64,000 bases of DNA from Candidatus Tectimicrobiota bacterium (GTDB lineage Bacteria; JACPUC01). Location: contig JACPUC010000001.1 of assembly GCA_016192455.1 (NCBI GenBank), forward strand, positions 1 through 64,000. The letters run 5' to 3'. The position numbers were made by a program, and so were the translations under genes. Below the pieces are notes generated by a model. That model searched no databases. It had not been told where the DNA came from and worked only from the letters and a program-made list of their open reading frames with translations. This document shows positions 39,630 through 50,090 of this stretch, in pieces. Position 1 is the stretch's first letter; each line of letters begins with the position of its first letter.

Positions 39630-40541
39630 CTACGTGGCAGCCGCGGCGGCGTCGCGCTGCTCGAGGAGGAAGCGCTGGAAGAGCCTGCAGATAGGGCTCA
39701 TCGTGTGGCCGCGTCGGCTGACGATGTAGAAGCAGCGCCGGAAGTGGACGTCCTTGATCGTCACCACCTGCAGGCGGCCGGCGGCCACGTCGTCGGCGAC
39801 GGCGCGGCGGGAGAGGATCGAGAGGCCCACGCCGGCCTTGATGCCCTGCAGGACGGCGACGTTGCTCCCCATCTCCGCCGCCACGGAGAAGCTGGCGGGG
39901 TCGATGCCGTGCTGCCGGGAGAGATCCTCGAAGATGCGGCGCGACCCGGAGCCGCGCTCGCGTAGAATAAAGGGCTGCCGCTGCACCTCGGCCATGCTGA
40001 CGCGGCCGCGCCCGGCCAGCGGGTGCGAGGTCGGTACGACCAGAACAAGCTCGTCGTGCAAGAACTCTACGTACTCGAGCTTGGCGTTGCCGAGCTTCGC
40101 CCCCACCACGCCAAGCTCGATCTCTCCTTCCTTCACGGCTTCGAGTATACCCTTCGAGTCGTCGATGCGCAGCGTCACGCGCACCTCCGGGTAGTGCCGC
40201 TTGAACTCCCCCAGCATGCCGGGCAGGAGGTACTCCCCCGGGATGGTGCTGCCGCCAACGAGAAGCTCGCCGCGCACGTAGCCGCCAAGCTGGTCGAGTG
40301 CCTGGCGCGCCTCCTGCACGAGGTGCACCAGGCGGCGCGCGTAGTGGTACAGGATGTCGCCCGCCGGCGTGGGGGCGATGCGGTTGCCGAGGCGATCAAA
40401 GAGGCGCGCGCCGAGGTCCTCCTCGAGCTGCTTGATATGACCGCTGACCGTGGGCTGGGTGAGGGCAAGCTCGGACGCCGCGCGCGAGAAGCTGGCATGC
40501 TCGTACACCTTGCTGAACACTTCGAGCTGCCGCAGGTCCAT
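39630..40541 (-). CDS. LysR family regulator (CysL-like, selenium-metabolism associated)
   Basis: SFSRAA..LTQPTVSGHIKQLE HTH; STIPGEYLLP; RERGSGSR; downstream of selAB. Confidence 0.92.
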   Translation of the reverse strand: MDLRQLEVFSKVYEHASFSRAASELALTQPTVSGHIKQLEEDLGARLFDRLGNRIAPTPAGDILYHYARRLVHLVQEARQALDQLGGYVRGELLVGGSTIPGEYLLPGMLGEFKRHYPEVRVTLRIDDSKGILEAVKEGEIELGVVGAKLGNAKLEYVEFLHDELVLVVPTSHPLAGRGRVSMAEVQRQPFILRERGSGSRRIFEDLSRQHGIDPASFSVAAEMGSNVAVLQGIKAGVGLSILSRRAVADDVAAGRLQVVTIKDVHFRRCFYIVSRRGHTMSPICRLFQRFLLEQRDAAAAAT

Positions 40542-40648
40542 GGCTCTCCCTGCGCCGGCAGGCCGGCGCGTCGCGCCGGCTCGATCCGGCAGGTTGGTGG
40601 CGACCGTCACGCCCGCGCCGCCGTGCCGGAGCTGGAGGGGACGCCTCC

Positions 40649-42553
40649 CTAGCCGCGCAGCACGCGCTTGTCCCCCACGCGCATCGTGACGCGGGCGTTG
40701 TCGAAGTACTCGAGCAGCGGAATGGCGTGCTTGCGGGAGATGGCGAGGAGGTCGCGGAACTCCGAGGGGGCGATCTCGCCGCTGCGCTCGAGGTGCTCGC
40801 GCAGGAGCTGCTCGGCGTGTTCGAGCTGACGGCGGTGGAAGACGAGGTTATCCTTCAGGCGCACCAGGGTCTGCTGGTCGATGAGGACCTGGATGAGCTC
40901 CCTCGCATTCACCCCGGGGTGGTTGAACTGCGCCGCCACCTCGTCCACCGTGGGCGGCTGCAGACCATACCCCAGGTAGGCCGCTTCGAGGTCATGCCGC
41001 AGGGCTTCCTCTGCCGCGCCGAGCTGCACGCGGTGCGAGCCGAGGCGCACGAGGCTGCCGCTGCTGACCACGGCGCCGCGCTGCTCGAGGCGCTGGAGCA
41101 GGACGCTGAACACCTTGTCGGCGTCGAGATGCGTGCGCGACCGCAGTTCGCCGCGCGCCATCCCCTCCTTCAAAGGCTGCGCGGTATGAAAGGCGCCGAG
41201 CTGTTCGAGCAAGTGCGCTTCCACCTGGCGCGCCACTTCGGGATGGATCACCCAGCGACTCTCGGCGTCGATGAGCCGGAGCTCAGCCGCGGCCAGCAGC
41301 TCGTCCACCACCGCGGTGAGCTGGGCCAAGCTCAGGTGCGTGCGCGGCAGGAGGTCCCTGACGTTGATGCCGTTGTCGCCGGCGCTGCGGACGTGCAGCT
41401 TCACCAGCTCCGCGTCGCTCCCCGTCTCCAGCCCTTTGAAGTACTCCAGCGTCTCGGCGCGGAAGCGCTTCAGGCGGCCCGGTCCGACGTCGAGGATGAC
41501 GCCGCCGCCGATCGTGGACATGGGGGAGTAGCTGCGCGCCACGAAGCGGTCGCGCGGCCGCACCGCCAGCGGGCGCTCGAGGCGCGCCTGCACGGGGGCT
41601 TGCTGGCCCGGCTCCAACAGCTCGCGGTCGAAGAGGTAGAGACGCGCCATCACCTCGCTGGTGCCGGTGTGGAAGCGCACGCGATGGCGGTGCTTGAGGG
41701 GCGCGGGGGCATCGGCGAGGAGCCGAAAGCGGACATTGAGCACCGACGTCGCCAAGAGCTCCCCCGGATGCGCCAGCACGCTGCCGCGGTCAAGCTGGTC
41801 CTTCTCGATGCCTTGCAGGTTCACCGCGGTGCGCTGCCCGGCCACGGCGCGGGAGACCGCGGCGTTGTGGACCTGCAGGCCGCGCACCCGAGCCGCAAGG
41901 CCCTCGGGGTAGACCTCCACCCGATCCTCAACCTCGACGCTGCCCGAGGTGAGGGTTCCCGTCACCACCGTGCCGAAGCCGCGCATGCTGAAGACTCGGT
42001 CGATGGGCAGGCGGAAGGGGCCGTCGCTCTGCTTCGGCGCCGCCCGTGCCAGGACCTCCCGCAGCGCCTGCTTCAGGTCCTCCAGACCCGCAAGGGTCTT
42101 CGAGGAGACCGGCACGATGGGCTTGCCGCCCAAGCATGTCGGGGCGAAGAACTCCTCCACATCGTCGCGCACGAGGTCCAGCCACTCCTCGTCCACCATG
42201 TCGATCTTGGTGAGGGCGATGACGCCGTCCTGAATGGCGAGGAGGTCGCAGATCGCCAGGTGCTCGCGCGTCTGCGGCATCACCCCTTCATCGGCGGCGA
42301 TGACGAAGAGCACCAGGTCGATGCCGCCGACGCCGGCCAGCATGTTCTTCACGAAGCGCTCGTGCCCCGGCACATCGACGATGCCCACGTGGTAGTCGCC
42401 CCCGGGGTCCCAGGAGGCAAACCCCAGGTCGATCGTGATGCCCCGCTCCTTCTCCTCCTTCAGGCGGTCGGTGTCGATGCCGGTCAAGGCCTTCACCAGG
42501 CTGGTCTTGCCGTGGTCGATGTGGCCGGCCGTGCCGATGACGATCTCTTTCAT
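40649..42553 (-). CDS. selB: Selenocysteine-specific elongation factor SelB
   Basis: [33 protein letters not shown]-terminal winged helix [13 protein letters not shown]. Confidence 0.97.
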   Translation of the reverse strand: MKEIVIGTAGHIDHGKTSLVKALTGIDTDRLKEEKERGITIDLGFASWDPGGDYHVGIVDVPGHERFVKNMLAGVGGIDLVLFVIAADEGVMPQTREHLAICDLLAIQDGVIALTKIDMVDEEWLDLVRDDVEEFFAPTCLGGKPIVPVSSKTLAGLEDLKQALREVLARAAPKQSDGPFRLPIDRVFSMRGFGTVVTGTLTSGSVEVEDRVEVYPEGLAARVRGLQVHNAAVSRAVAGQRTAVNLQGIEKDQLDRGSVLAHPGELLATSVLNVRFRLLADAPAPLKHRHRVRFHTGTSEVMARLYLFDRELLEPGQQAPVQARLERPLAVRPRDRFVARSYSPMSTIGGGVILDVGPGRLKRFRAETLEYFKGLETGSDAELVKLHVRSAGDNGINVRDLLPRTHLSLAQLTAVVDELLAAAELRLIDAESRWVIHPEVARQVEAHLLEQLGAFHTAQPLKEGMARGELRSRTHLDADKVFSVLLQRLEQRGAVVSSGSLVRLGSHRVQLGAAEEALRHDLEAAYLGYGLQPPTVDEVAAQFNHPGVNARELIQVLIDQQTLVRLKDNLVFHRRQLEHAEQLLREHLERSGEIAPSEFRDLLAISRKHAIPLLEYFDNARVTMRVGDKRVLRG

Positions 42554-42699
42554 GCTCAGGCATCCACCATGGGCTGCACTCGGCAAGCGCGGCGGCGGCA
42601 AAAGCCGGCTGCGCGGGCAGCCGCGGCGCGCCTCGCCCCCGGCTGGGCGATGGAAGAGCGCCGGCGCTTGCTGAAAGGATAGCACGCCGCCTCGGTTCG

Positions 42700-44127
42700 T
42701 CAATCTGTCGGCGGCTGCTCCGGCGGCAGGGTGGCCAGGCGCGCCGCCGACCTGACGAGGTCCGACAGATCATCCGGCAGCAGGGTGCGGACGTCGAGCA
42801 GAACGACATCGTGCCGCACCCGCGCGATTACCGGCGGCTCGCCGCCGCGCAGGTGGCGCTCGATGGCGGCGGAGCCGAGGCTGTCGCAGCGCAAGGCGAC
42901 GGCCGTCGTCGGCAGCTCGAGGGTGGGAAGCGAGCCGCCGCCGGGCGCTGAGGTCGTTTCGGCGAGCTCGATCGTGAAGCGGGAGTCCAGCACTTCGCGG
43001 AGCCGCTTCGCCAGTTCCTTGGCCAGCACTGCGAGTTCCTCAGGGGTGAGGGTCAAGAGGCGCAGGGTGGGGACGTGCCGCCGGGCGCGCGCCTCGTCGA
43101 GGTAGAGGCGCAGCGTCGCTTCCAGGGCGGCGAGGGTCAGCTTGTCGACGCGCACCGCGCGGGTGAGGGGATGCCGCTGCAGGCGCCGCAGGAGATCGCG
43201 GGCCCCGACGATGATGCCGGCCTGAGGTCCGCCGAGGAGCTTATCGCCGCTGAAGCAGACGAGGTCGGCGCCGGCGGCGACGACGTCGGGGACGGTTGGC
43301 TCATCGCCCGGCAGGCCGGAGAGGAAGCTGCCGCTGCCCAGGTCCACCATCACCGGCAGGTTGCGCCGTCGGCCGAGCGCCGCGAGTTCAGCCGGCGGAA
43401 CCTCTTCGGCGAACCCAACGACGCGGAAGTTGCTCGGGTGCACCTTCAGAAGTAGGGCGGTGTGCGGCCCGATGGCGCCCTCGTAGTCGGCGAGGCGCGT
43501 CTTGTTCGTCGTCCCCACCTCGCGCAGGAGCGCGCCGCTCAGCGCCATGATCTCCGGGATGCGGAAGGAGCCGCCGATCTCCACCAGCTCGCCGCGCGAC
43601 ACGATGACCTCGCGGCCCTGCGCCAGGGCCTGCAGGGAGAGGAGGACCGCGGCGGCGTTGTTGTTCACCACCAGGGCGTCCTCGGCGCCGGCGAGGCGAC
43701 GCAAGAGCGCCCGCAGGTGCTCGTACCGTTCGCCCCGCTCCCCGGCCTGCAGGTCGTACTCGAGGTTCGTGTAGCTGGCCGCCGTGCGCTGGATGGCCTG
43801 CATGGCCTCTTCGGCCAGCACGGAGCGCCCCAGGTTGGTATGCAAGATGACCCCCGTGGCATTGATGACCCGCCGGAGCTGGGGGTGCCGCACCTGCCGC
43901 AGGCGCGCCACGACCTCGCCGGCCAGCGCCGCGGACTCCCGCTCGCCGGCTTGGTCTGGGGAGACCGCCTGCAGGATGCGCTGCCGGGCGGCCTCGATGG
44001 CCTCGCGCACCGCTGCCACCAACAGCCGATGCGGCAACCCGCCCGCCTGCTCCGCCACGAGCGGATGGCGCAGGATCTCATCGACCGCCGGCAAGCGGCG
44101 CAGGTGCTCGGATTTCCAGGCGCTCAT
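42700..44127 (-). CDS. selA: L-seryl-tRNA(Sec) selenium transferase SelA
   Basis: VINATGVILHTNLGRS, VNNNAAAV, EIGGSFRIP, FSGDKLLGGPQAG. Confidence 0.97.
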   Translation of the reverse strand: MSAWKSEHLRRLPAVDEILRHPLVAEQAGGLPHRLLVAAVREAIEAARQRILQAVSPDQAGERESAALAGEVVARLRQVRHPQLRRVINATGVILHTNLGRSVLAEEAMQAIQRTAASYTNLEYDLQAGERGERYEHLRALLRRLAGAEDALVVNNNAAAVLLSLQALAQGREVIVSRGELVEIGGSFRIPEIMALSGALLREVGTTNKTRLADYEGAIGPHTALLLKVHPSNFRVVGFAEEVPPAELAALGRRRNLPVMVDLGSGSFLSGLPGDEPTVPDVVAAGADLVCFSGDKLLGGPQAGIIVGARDLLRRLQRHPLTRAVRVDKLTLAALEATLRLYLDEARARRHVPTLRLLTLTPEELAVLAKELAKRLREVLDSRFTIELAETTSAPGGGSLPTLELPTTAVALRCDSLGSAAIERHLRGGEPPVIARVRHDVVLLDVRTLLPDDLSDLVRSAARLATLPPEQPPTD

Positions 44128-44529
44128 GGGAGATTTCCATGCAAGCGGGCAGGGCCAGTCTAAGTCTTTGAAAATGAACGTATCACACGACTCCTCCGGT
44201 TGCAAGTCAGGGGTGGGGGCGGGGCGGGGGAGCTTCGGCGGGCAGGCGCCGGGCGCGGCCCTCGCGTCCGCCCAGCCGCGCGAGGGAGGCCCAGCTCAAG
44301 CGGCCTGGCAACGTTCGCGCCTCGGCGCGGTGTTCCGTCTTCATCCGCCGAGGGGAGCATGCTATGATACACGAGGAGGTGGGGCGGGGAAGTCCCATCC
44401 GCAGCCCTCGGTGGGGCGAGAGCGATGCGGCCGAGCGCGATGCGGCCGAGCGCGCGGCCGTCTTGACCCTCGCGGGAGGCATGCCGGAGGGCGCTGGTGC
44501 GCGCGGCCTCCCTGCAGCAGGTGCGCCAC

Positions 44530-45306
44530 ATGGCCTACGAAGTGAAGCTGCCGTTTTTCGAAGGACCCCTCGACCTCCTCATCCATCTCATCCGCGAGAA
44601 CGAACTCGATATCTACGATATTCCGATCGCCACCATCACCGAGCAGTACCTTGCCTACCTCGAGACGATGCGCAGCTTGAACCTCGACGTGGCCGGCGAG
44701 TTCCTGGTGATGGCCGCCACCCTCACCCACATCAAGTCGCAGATGCTCCTGCCCAGGCCGACGCTCGAGGGCCTCGACGACGAGGGGGGGGTTGATCCGC
44801 GGCTGGAGCTCGTTGAGCGCCTCCTCGAGTACCAGCGCTACAAGGCGGCGGCGGTCGAGCTGCGCCAGCGCGAGCTCGAGTGCCTCGACACGTTCGCGAG
44901 AGAGGCCGCGAACGACCTGTCCGCGTCGAGCCGAGAGGAGGGAGGCTTCCTCGAGGTGGGTCTCTTCGACCTGCTCGCCGCGCTCAAGGAGGTGCTGGCG
45001 CGGCTGCCGCAGGAGTCCTTCCACGAGGTTACGCTGGACGCCATCAGCGTCACCGACCGCATCAACTGGCTGATGAGCCGGCTGGCGGAGACGCCGCGCT
45101 GCGTCTTCCAGGAGCTCTTCGCCGATAGCAGCAGCCGCATGGAGATGATCGTCACCTTCCTGGCCCTCCTCGAGGTGGTGCGGCTGCGCCTCGTGCGCCT
45201 CGTGCAGGTGCAGCGCTTCGGGCCGATCCACGTCTCCCTCGCTGTGGAGCCCTCCCTGGAGGAGGCCGCATCCGATGGACCCCCGGCAAGCGAAAGCCAT
45301 CATTGA
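44530..45306 (+). CDS. scpA: Segregation and condensation protein A
   Basis: FEGPLDLLIHLI..IDIYDIP-like, AGEFLVMAATL..IKS, VTFLALLE. Confidence 0.95.
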   Translation: MAYEVKLPFFEGPLDLLIHLIRENELDIYDIPIATITEQYLAYLETMRSLNLDVAGEFLVMAATLTHIKSQMLLPRPTLEGLDDEGGVDPRLELVERLLEYQRYKAAAVELRQRELECLDTFAREAANDLSASSREEGGFLEVGLFDLLAALKEVLARLPQESFHEVTLDAISVTDRINWLMSRLAETPRCVFQELFADSSSRMEMIVTFLALLEVVRLRLVRLVQVQRFGPIHVSLAVEPSLEEAASDGPPASESHH

Positions 45307-46036
45307 ATCGCTGCTCCTCGTCGCCGACCGTCCGCTGAGCGCCTTGGAAATCAGCAAGGTGTTTGACGGCGAAGTGGAGCGGCGGCAAGTCGAGGCGCTG
45401 CTCGAGGAGCTGGTGGCGGACTACGCCGCGCACCCCTTGCAGGTGGTCGCCGTGGCGGGCGGCTACCGCCTCTCCACCCGCGCCGCTTACGCTCCGTGGG
45501 TGCGGCGCTTCCTCCATGATGCCAGACGCGTCAAGCTGTCGCGCGCGGCGCTCGAGACGCTGGCGGTCATCGCCTACAAACAGCCGATGACGAAGCCTGA
45601 GATCGAGTACCTGCGCGGCGGCGTGGATGCGGGCGGCGTCCTCCGCACCCTCCTTGAGCGTCGCCTGATCAAGATTCTCGGCCGCAAGCAGGTTCCCGGC
45701 CGGCCGGCGATGTACGGGACGACGCAGGAGTTCCTCCTCTACTTCGGCCTGCGTGATCTCACCGACCTCCCCACCCTGCAGGAGTTCATCGACCAGGCGG
45801 AGGGCGGGGCCGAGGAGGCCGACGCGGGAGACCTCGGGGAAGAGGAGGGGAAGGAATCGACGGCGTCCCTCGAGGAGGAGTTCGAGCCGTCGCCCCCCCT
45901 GGGCGAGGAAACGCCGGCGCTGCGGCGGTCCTCGCCGGCGGCCGCCGAGGACGCTGCGCAGGCGTCGCACCTCCGCCGCGCCGCGGAGCCGCCCGCGCTG
46001 GACGCGGAGGGAACCGATGAGGTGGCGCCGGCATGA
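45275..46036 (+). CDS. scpB: Segregation and condensation protein B
   Basis: LSRAALETLAVIAYKQP, GRP..YGTTQEFL.YFGL..L.DLP. Confidence 0.95.
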   Translation: MDPRQAKAIIESLLLVADRPLSALEISKVFDGEVERRQVEALLEELVADYAAHPLQVVAVAGGYRLSTRAAYAPWVRRFLHDARRVKLSRAALETLAVIAYKQPMTKPEIEYLRGGVDAGGVLRTLLERRLIKILGRKQVPGRPAMYGTTQEFLLYFGLRDLTDLPTLQEFIDQAEGGAEEADAGDLGEEEGKESTASLEEEFEPSPPLGEETPALRRSSPAAAEDAAQASHLRRAAEPPALDAEGTDEVAPA

Positions 46037-46806
46037 GCGCCTCGGAGCAGCGTCAGGAGGAGGGAGCGCGCGGCGTACGCCTGAACAAATTCATTGCCGC
46101 GGCGGGCATTGCCTCGCGGCGCGGCGCCGAGGCGCTGATCCGCCAGGGCGCCGTCCTGCTGAACGGCCAACCGGTGCGCTCCCTGGCCACCCTCGTGGAC
46201 CCGGCCCGTGATCGCGTGCGCGTGCACGGCAAGCTGATCAAGCAACTCGAGCACAAGGTCTCCCTTGTTCTGAACAAGCCGAAGGGATATATTTGCACCC
46301 GTCGCGATGAGCTGGATCGACCCACGGTCCTTGATCTCGTGCCGTCGAAACCCCGCCTCTTTCCCGTCGGGCGCTTGGACTACGATGCCGGGGGGGTGCT
46401 GATCCTCACCAACGATGGTGATCTGGCGCATACCCTCCTCCACCCGCGCCATGGCGTGCCGCGCGTCTACCTCGTGAAGGTGCGGGGGGAGCCGACCGCC
46501 GCTGAGTTGCTGCGCATGACGACCGGCCTTCCCCTCGCCGACGGCCGGCGGGTCCAAGCCGAGGTGCGCGTCGAGGCAAGGCGCGCCAAGCATGTCTGGT
46601 TGCGGATGAAACTCCACGAGGGACGGCACGGTCAAATCAAGGAGATGTGTCAGCGCATTGGTCATCCGGCGCTGAAGCTGAAGCGCATCAGTTTCGGTCC
46701 CTTCACGGCGGCCGGGCTGGAACCCGGCGCCTGGCGGCGCATCAGCGAGGGAGAGCTCGCGAAGCTGCGGGGGGCGGGCCGGCTTGCGGCGGCGCCGCAG
46801 GCCTGA
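46033..46806 (+). CDS. rluB: rRNA pseudouridine synthase (RluB/RsuA family)
   Basis: S4 domain RLNKFIAAAGIASRR, NKPKG, GRLD, EGR..QIK; scpAB-rluB synteny. Confidence 0.9.
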   Translation: MSASEQRQEEGARGVRLNKFIAAAGIASRRGAEALIRQGAVLLNGQPVRSLATLVDPARDRVRVHGKLIKQLEHKVSLVLNKPKGYICTRRDELDRPTVLDLVPSKPRLFPVGRLDYDAGGVLILTNDGDLAHTLLHPRHGVPRVYLVKVRGEPTAAELLRMTTGLPLADGRRVQAEVRVEARRAKHVWLRMKLHEGRHGQIKEMCQRIGHPALKLKRISFGPFTAAGLEPGAWRRISEGELAKLRGAGRLAAAPQA

Positions 46807-47006
46807 AGTTGCCGGGTCAGCCGTCGGGGGAGCGCACCGCGTCGTCGTCGGCAGCGGTGGAGGGCGGCCTGCCGCCGGCTGGATGCCCGTCGCCGAGGAA
46901 CAGCGAGGCACGCGGCGTGGCGTGGCCGGGTGGAGGCGGCACCGCAAGGTGGCCTCTCCCTCCGGCGGGCGGCCGGCAGCCAGGAAGGGGCAGGGGAGCG
47001 CGCGCC

Positions 47007-48119
47007 ATGCGACGCATGCTGATCGCGGTTGCCGTCCTGCAGGTGCTGAGCCTCGCTGGCCTCCTGCCTGCTGGAGCCGTCGAGGGCTTGCCGCCGCGCG
47101 TCAAGCTTGCCCTCGACCATGGCCGCCTCGAGGAGGCGCAGCGCCTGCTGAGCGATGAGCTGCGGCGCGCGCCGAGGCGCCTCGAACTCTTGGTCGGCAT
47201 GGCCGAGATCGCCATGGAGCGACGGCGCTTCGAGGAGGCTCGGCAGCTCTACCAGCGTGTGCGCAAGCTCGAGCCGCGCAACGTCGAAGCCCGCATCGGC
47301 CTCGGCAAGCTCCACCTCTTCCAGGGCCGCCCGCGCGAGGCCTTTGAAAACCTTCAGGAGGTTGTGGAGGAGGAGCCTGAGAACTCCGAAGCGCGCCGCT
47401 TCCTGCGCTTCGTCCTGGCCGTGCGCAAGGACCCGCCCCGGTCCCCCTTGTATCTCTCCCTCATCAAGAAAGCCGTGTGCAGCCGCGCCGAGTTCGCCTT
47501 CCTGGCGCATGAAGCGCTGCGCCCCTTCTGGGACCAATCGATGGAGCTGCCCGCGAACATCCGCAGCGACACCCTCGATCACTGGGCTGGCAACAGCCTC
47601 AACCTGCTGGCCAACCATGGCATTCTCGAGGAGTACCCGAACCACACGCTGGAGCCGGATGCGCCACTCAGCTACCACCAGCTAGCCTGGGCCTTCTGGC
47701 GCATTGCTCAGAGGCTCAACGTGGCCGCGCGGCCCGCTGGGGAGGAGGGTGGCGCGAACGGCCGCGCGAGCCTGCCGCCCTCGCCGCCGACAGGGTTCCC
47801 GGCCGGCGTGGCGCCGGCAAGGGGACGGGGAGACGGCGCGGCGCCTGCCGAGCCGGCCGCTGCTGTCCTCGCCGCCAAGGAGGGAGCGCCGGAGGCGTCG
47901 CAGGGAGAAGAGAGCCGCTGGCTGAGGCAGCTCGATCAGCGGGCGCACACCTATCCGGCATGGCGGTTCGTCGTGGCTCACGAGTTCCTCCCGGAGCCGG
48001 CGGAGCCTGGCGCTGTCGCCTCCCAGCCCTCCTGCGAAGAGGTCGAAGCAAGCCTGGCGCGCCTTACCGGCTTCCTCGACGCGCAGGGCGCACTCAGGCG
48101 GGGGGGATCCACACCCTAG
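47007..48119 (+). CDS. Exported TPR-repeat protein with SLH-like domain
   Basis: Signal peptide; TPR helices; SDTLDHWAG..GILEEYPNHTLEPDAPLS SLH-like motif. Confidence 0.75.
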   Translation: MRRMLIAVAVLQVLSLAGLLPAGAVEGLPPRVKLALDHGRLEEAQRLLSDELRRAPRRLELLVGMAEIAMERRRFEEARQLYQRVRKLEPRNVEARIGLGKLHLFQGRPREAFENLQEVVEEEPENSEARRFLRFVLAVRKDPPRSPLYLSLIKKAVCSRAEFAFLAHEALRPFWDQSMELPANIRSDTLDHWAGNSLNLLANHGILEEYPNHTLEPDAPLSYHQLAWAFWRIAQRLNVAARPAGEEGGANGRASLPPSPPTGFPAGVAPARGRGDGAAPAEPAAAVLAAKEGAPEASQGEESRWLRQLDQRAHTYPAWRFVVAHEFLPEPAEPGAVASQPSCEEVEASLARLTGFLDAQGALRRGGSTP

Positions 48120-48248
48120 GCGCGGCGCCTATCCTGGCCGCCGCTGGTTGTCGGGACTCCGCGGGCCTCCCTCGAGGTCCCGCCGGGCGCCCGGCGGGTG
48201 ACGGCGCGGCCCGAGGCGACAGCCGGCGGTTGGGCCGGTCACTGAGGA

Positions 48249-48911
48249 GTGGAAGTGATGATTCCCGGCACCCAGTCAGGAGCGCCGCGCCCGGAACCGA
48301 AAGGCACGCCCTCCCCGCCTGAGAACGGCACGAGTGCGCGGACGGAGGCGGCCAGCAACGGCACCCAGGCTGCCGGGGTGCTCAGCTTACCGAACCGGAT
48401 CACCCTCTGTCGCATTGTGGCGGCCCCGATCTTCTTGATCCTCGTCGTCTACGGTTACCACCGCTCGGCGCTCTTCCTCTTCATCCTCTCCTCGCTGACG
48501 GATGCCCTCGACGGCTTCCTGGCCCGGACGTACCACCAGCGCACCCGCCTGGGACGCATCCTCGATCCCCTGGCCGACAAGCTGCTGCTTGCCGCGGCCT
48601 TCATCGTGATGGCGATGAAGGAGATGCTGCCCGCCTGGATCACCATTGTGGTGGTGAGCCGCGATGCCCTCATCGTGCTCGGCGCGCTGCTGCTCTTCCT
48701 GGCCACGGGACAGCTTGCCAATGGTCCGAGCAAGCTGGGCAAGGCGACGACCGCGGCACAGTTCTGCCTGATCATTCTGGTCCTCGCTTTCCCGGTCCCG
48801 GCGAAGCAGCCAGCCTTTGTCGTGCAGCTCGGCTGGCTTACGGCGTTTCTCACCGCAGCCTCGGGCGTCCACTACCTGTACCACGGCATGCGCAGGCTGA
48901 ATGACGCGTAG
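48249..48911 (+). CDS. CDP-alcohol phosphatidyltransferase (PgsA-like)
   Basis: LPNRITLCR, TDALDGFLAR..TRLGRILDPLADK. Confidence 0.92.
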   Translation: MEVMIPGTQSGAPRPEPKGTPSPPENGTSARTEAASNGTQAAGVLSLPNRITLCRIVAAPIFLILVVYGYHRSALFLFILSSLTDALDGFLARTYHQRTRLGRILDPLADKLLLAAAFIVMAMKEMLPAWITIVVVSRDALIVLGALLLFLATGQLANGPSKLGKATTAAQFCLIILVLAFPVPAKQPAFVVQLGWLTAFLTAASGVHYLYHGMRRLNDA

Positions 48912-48987
48912 GTTCATGCCGGCCTCGTGACGCCGAGATCGTCGCGTTTCACTCAAGACGCCTCGAGGAGGCGGCGGGAGCCAGCCG

Positions 48988-50067
48988 ATCTCCTGGAAGA
49001 AATCGCTCCTCATCGCAGCAGCCCTGGCAGCCTTCCTCTACTTCCTCTACGCCTCGCGCCAGGTCCTGACGCCATTCCTGTTCGCGTTCGTCTTTGCCTA
49101 CACCCTCGATCCGCTGGTGCGGGTTCTGCAGCGCTGCCGCATTCCCCGCACGCTCGCCATCATCCTGCTCATGCTGCTGGCGAGCTTCCTGCTGCTCCTG
49201 CTGGTGCTGTTGGTGGGCCCCCTCGTGCGCCAGCAGCTTGAGAACCTCGCCTCCAATCTGCCTACCTCCCTCGAACAGACCCGCCGCAAGATCGAGCCGC
49301 TGCTGCAGCGTCTTCCCGACCTGCAGAACTTCGACGCGCAAGAGGTCCTCTCGGAGGTGACGACGCGCTTTGGCGCGCTGCCCGAGCATCTCCTGCGGGC
49401 CATCCCGACGATTCTCAGCACCTCGTTCAGCGGCGTTGTCAGTGTGATCTACGTGGCGCTCAACCTCCTGGTGATTCCGGTTGCCACCTTCTACTTCCTG
49501 CGGGATTTCGCGGCCTTGAAGGAGCAGGCGCTCGCCTACCTGCCGCCGCGCTACCACCAGCCGGTGGTGACCTACCTGCAGGAGATCGACCGCGTGCTCT
49601 CAAACTTCATGCGCGGGCAGCTCATCGTGGCGCTCATCCTGGCTTCCTGTTACAGCCTGGGGCTGGTGCTCGTGGGGACGCCGATGGGCCTCGTGCTTGG
49701 CCTCTTCGCCGGGGTCGTCAGCTTTATCCCCTACCTCGGCCTCATCCTGGGGCTGGGCCCGGCTTTGCTGCTCACGTTCCTGCAATTTCAGGACTGGCAG
49801 CACAGCCTGCTGGTGGTGGGAGTGTTCGCCGCGGCGCAGTTCCTGGAGGGGAACTTTGTCACGCCGCGGGTCGTGGGCGGGAAACTGGGCCTGCATCCGG
49901 TGGCGGTGATGATGGCGGTGCTGCTGGGGGGGAACTTCTTCGGCGTGCTCGGCGTGCTGCTTGCCGTGCCGGCGGCGGCCGTGCTGCGGGTGCTCCTCGA
50001 TGGCTGGCTGCTTGCGCGGCGCCGGACTGCGGACCCCAACACCGGCACGCTTGGCCCGGCGAAATGA
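48988..50067 (+). CDS. AI-2E family transporter (start anomalous)
   Basis: VLTPFLFAFVFAYTLDPLV, FIPYLG, LEGNFVTPRVVG..GLHP; the first TM segments lie in frame upstream of the first canonical start at 49117. Confidence 0.85.
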   Translation: MSWKKSLLIAAALAAFLYFLYASRQVLTPFLFAFVFAYTLDPLVRVLQRCRIPRTLAIILLMLLASFLLLLLVLLVGPLVRQQLENLASNLPTSLEQTRRKIEPLLQRLPDLQNFDAQEVLSEVTTRFGALPEHLLRAIPTILSTSFSGVVSVIYVALNLLVIPVATFYFLRDFAALKEQALAYLPPRYHQPVVTYLQEIDRVLSNFMRGQLIVALILASCYSLGLVLVGTPMGLVLGLFAGVVSFIPYLGLILGLGPALLLTFLQFQDWQHSLLVVGVFAAAQFLEGNFVTPRVVGGKLGLHPVAVMMAVLLGGNFFGVLGVLLAVPAAAVLRVLLDGWLLARRRTADPNTGTLGPAK

Positions 50068-50090
50068 GGCGCCTGGCCGCGCCGGCGCAC

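Noticed and set aside
44422..44451. 15-bp tandem duplication GCGATGCGGCCGAGC between selA and scpA
   Set aside because: Only two copies in GC-rich DNA; probably slippage with no functional evidence.
39630..44500. tRNA-Sec (selC) or selD near selAB
   Set aside because: No UCA-anticodon cloverleaf or SelD motifs were found by eye in the window.
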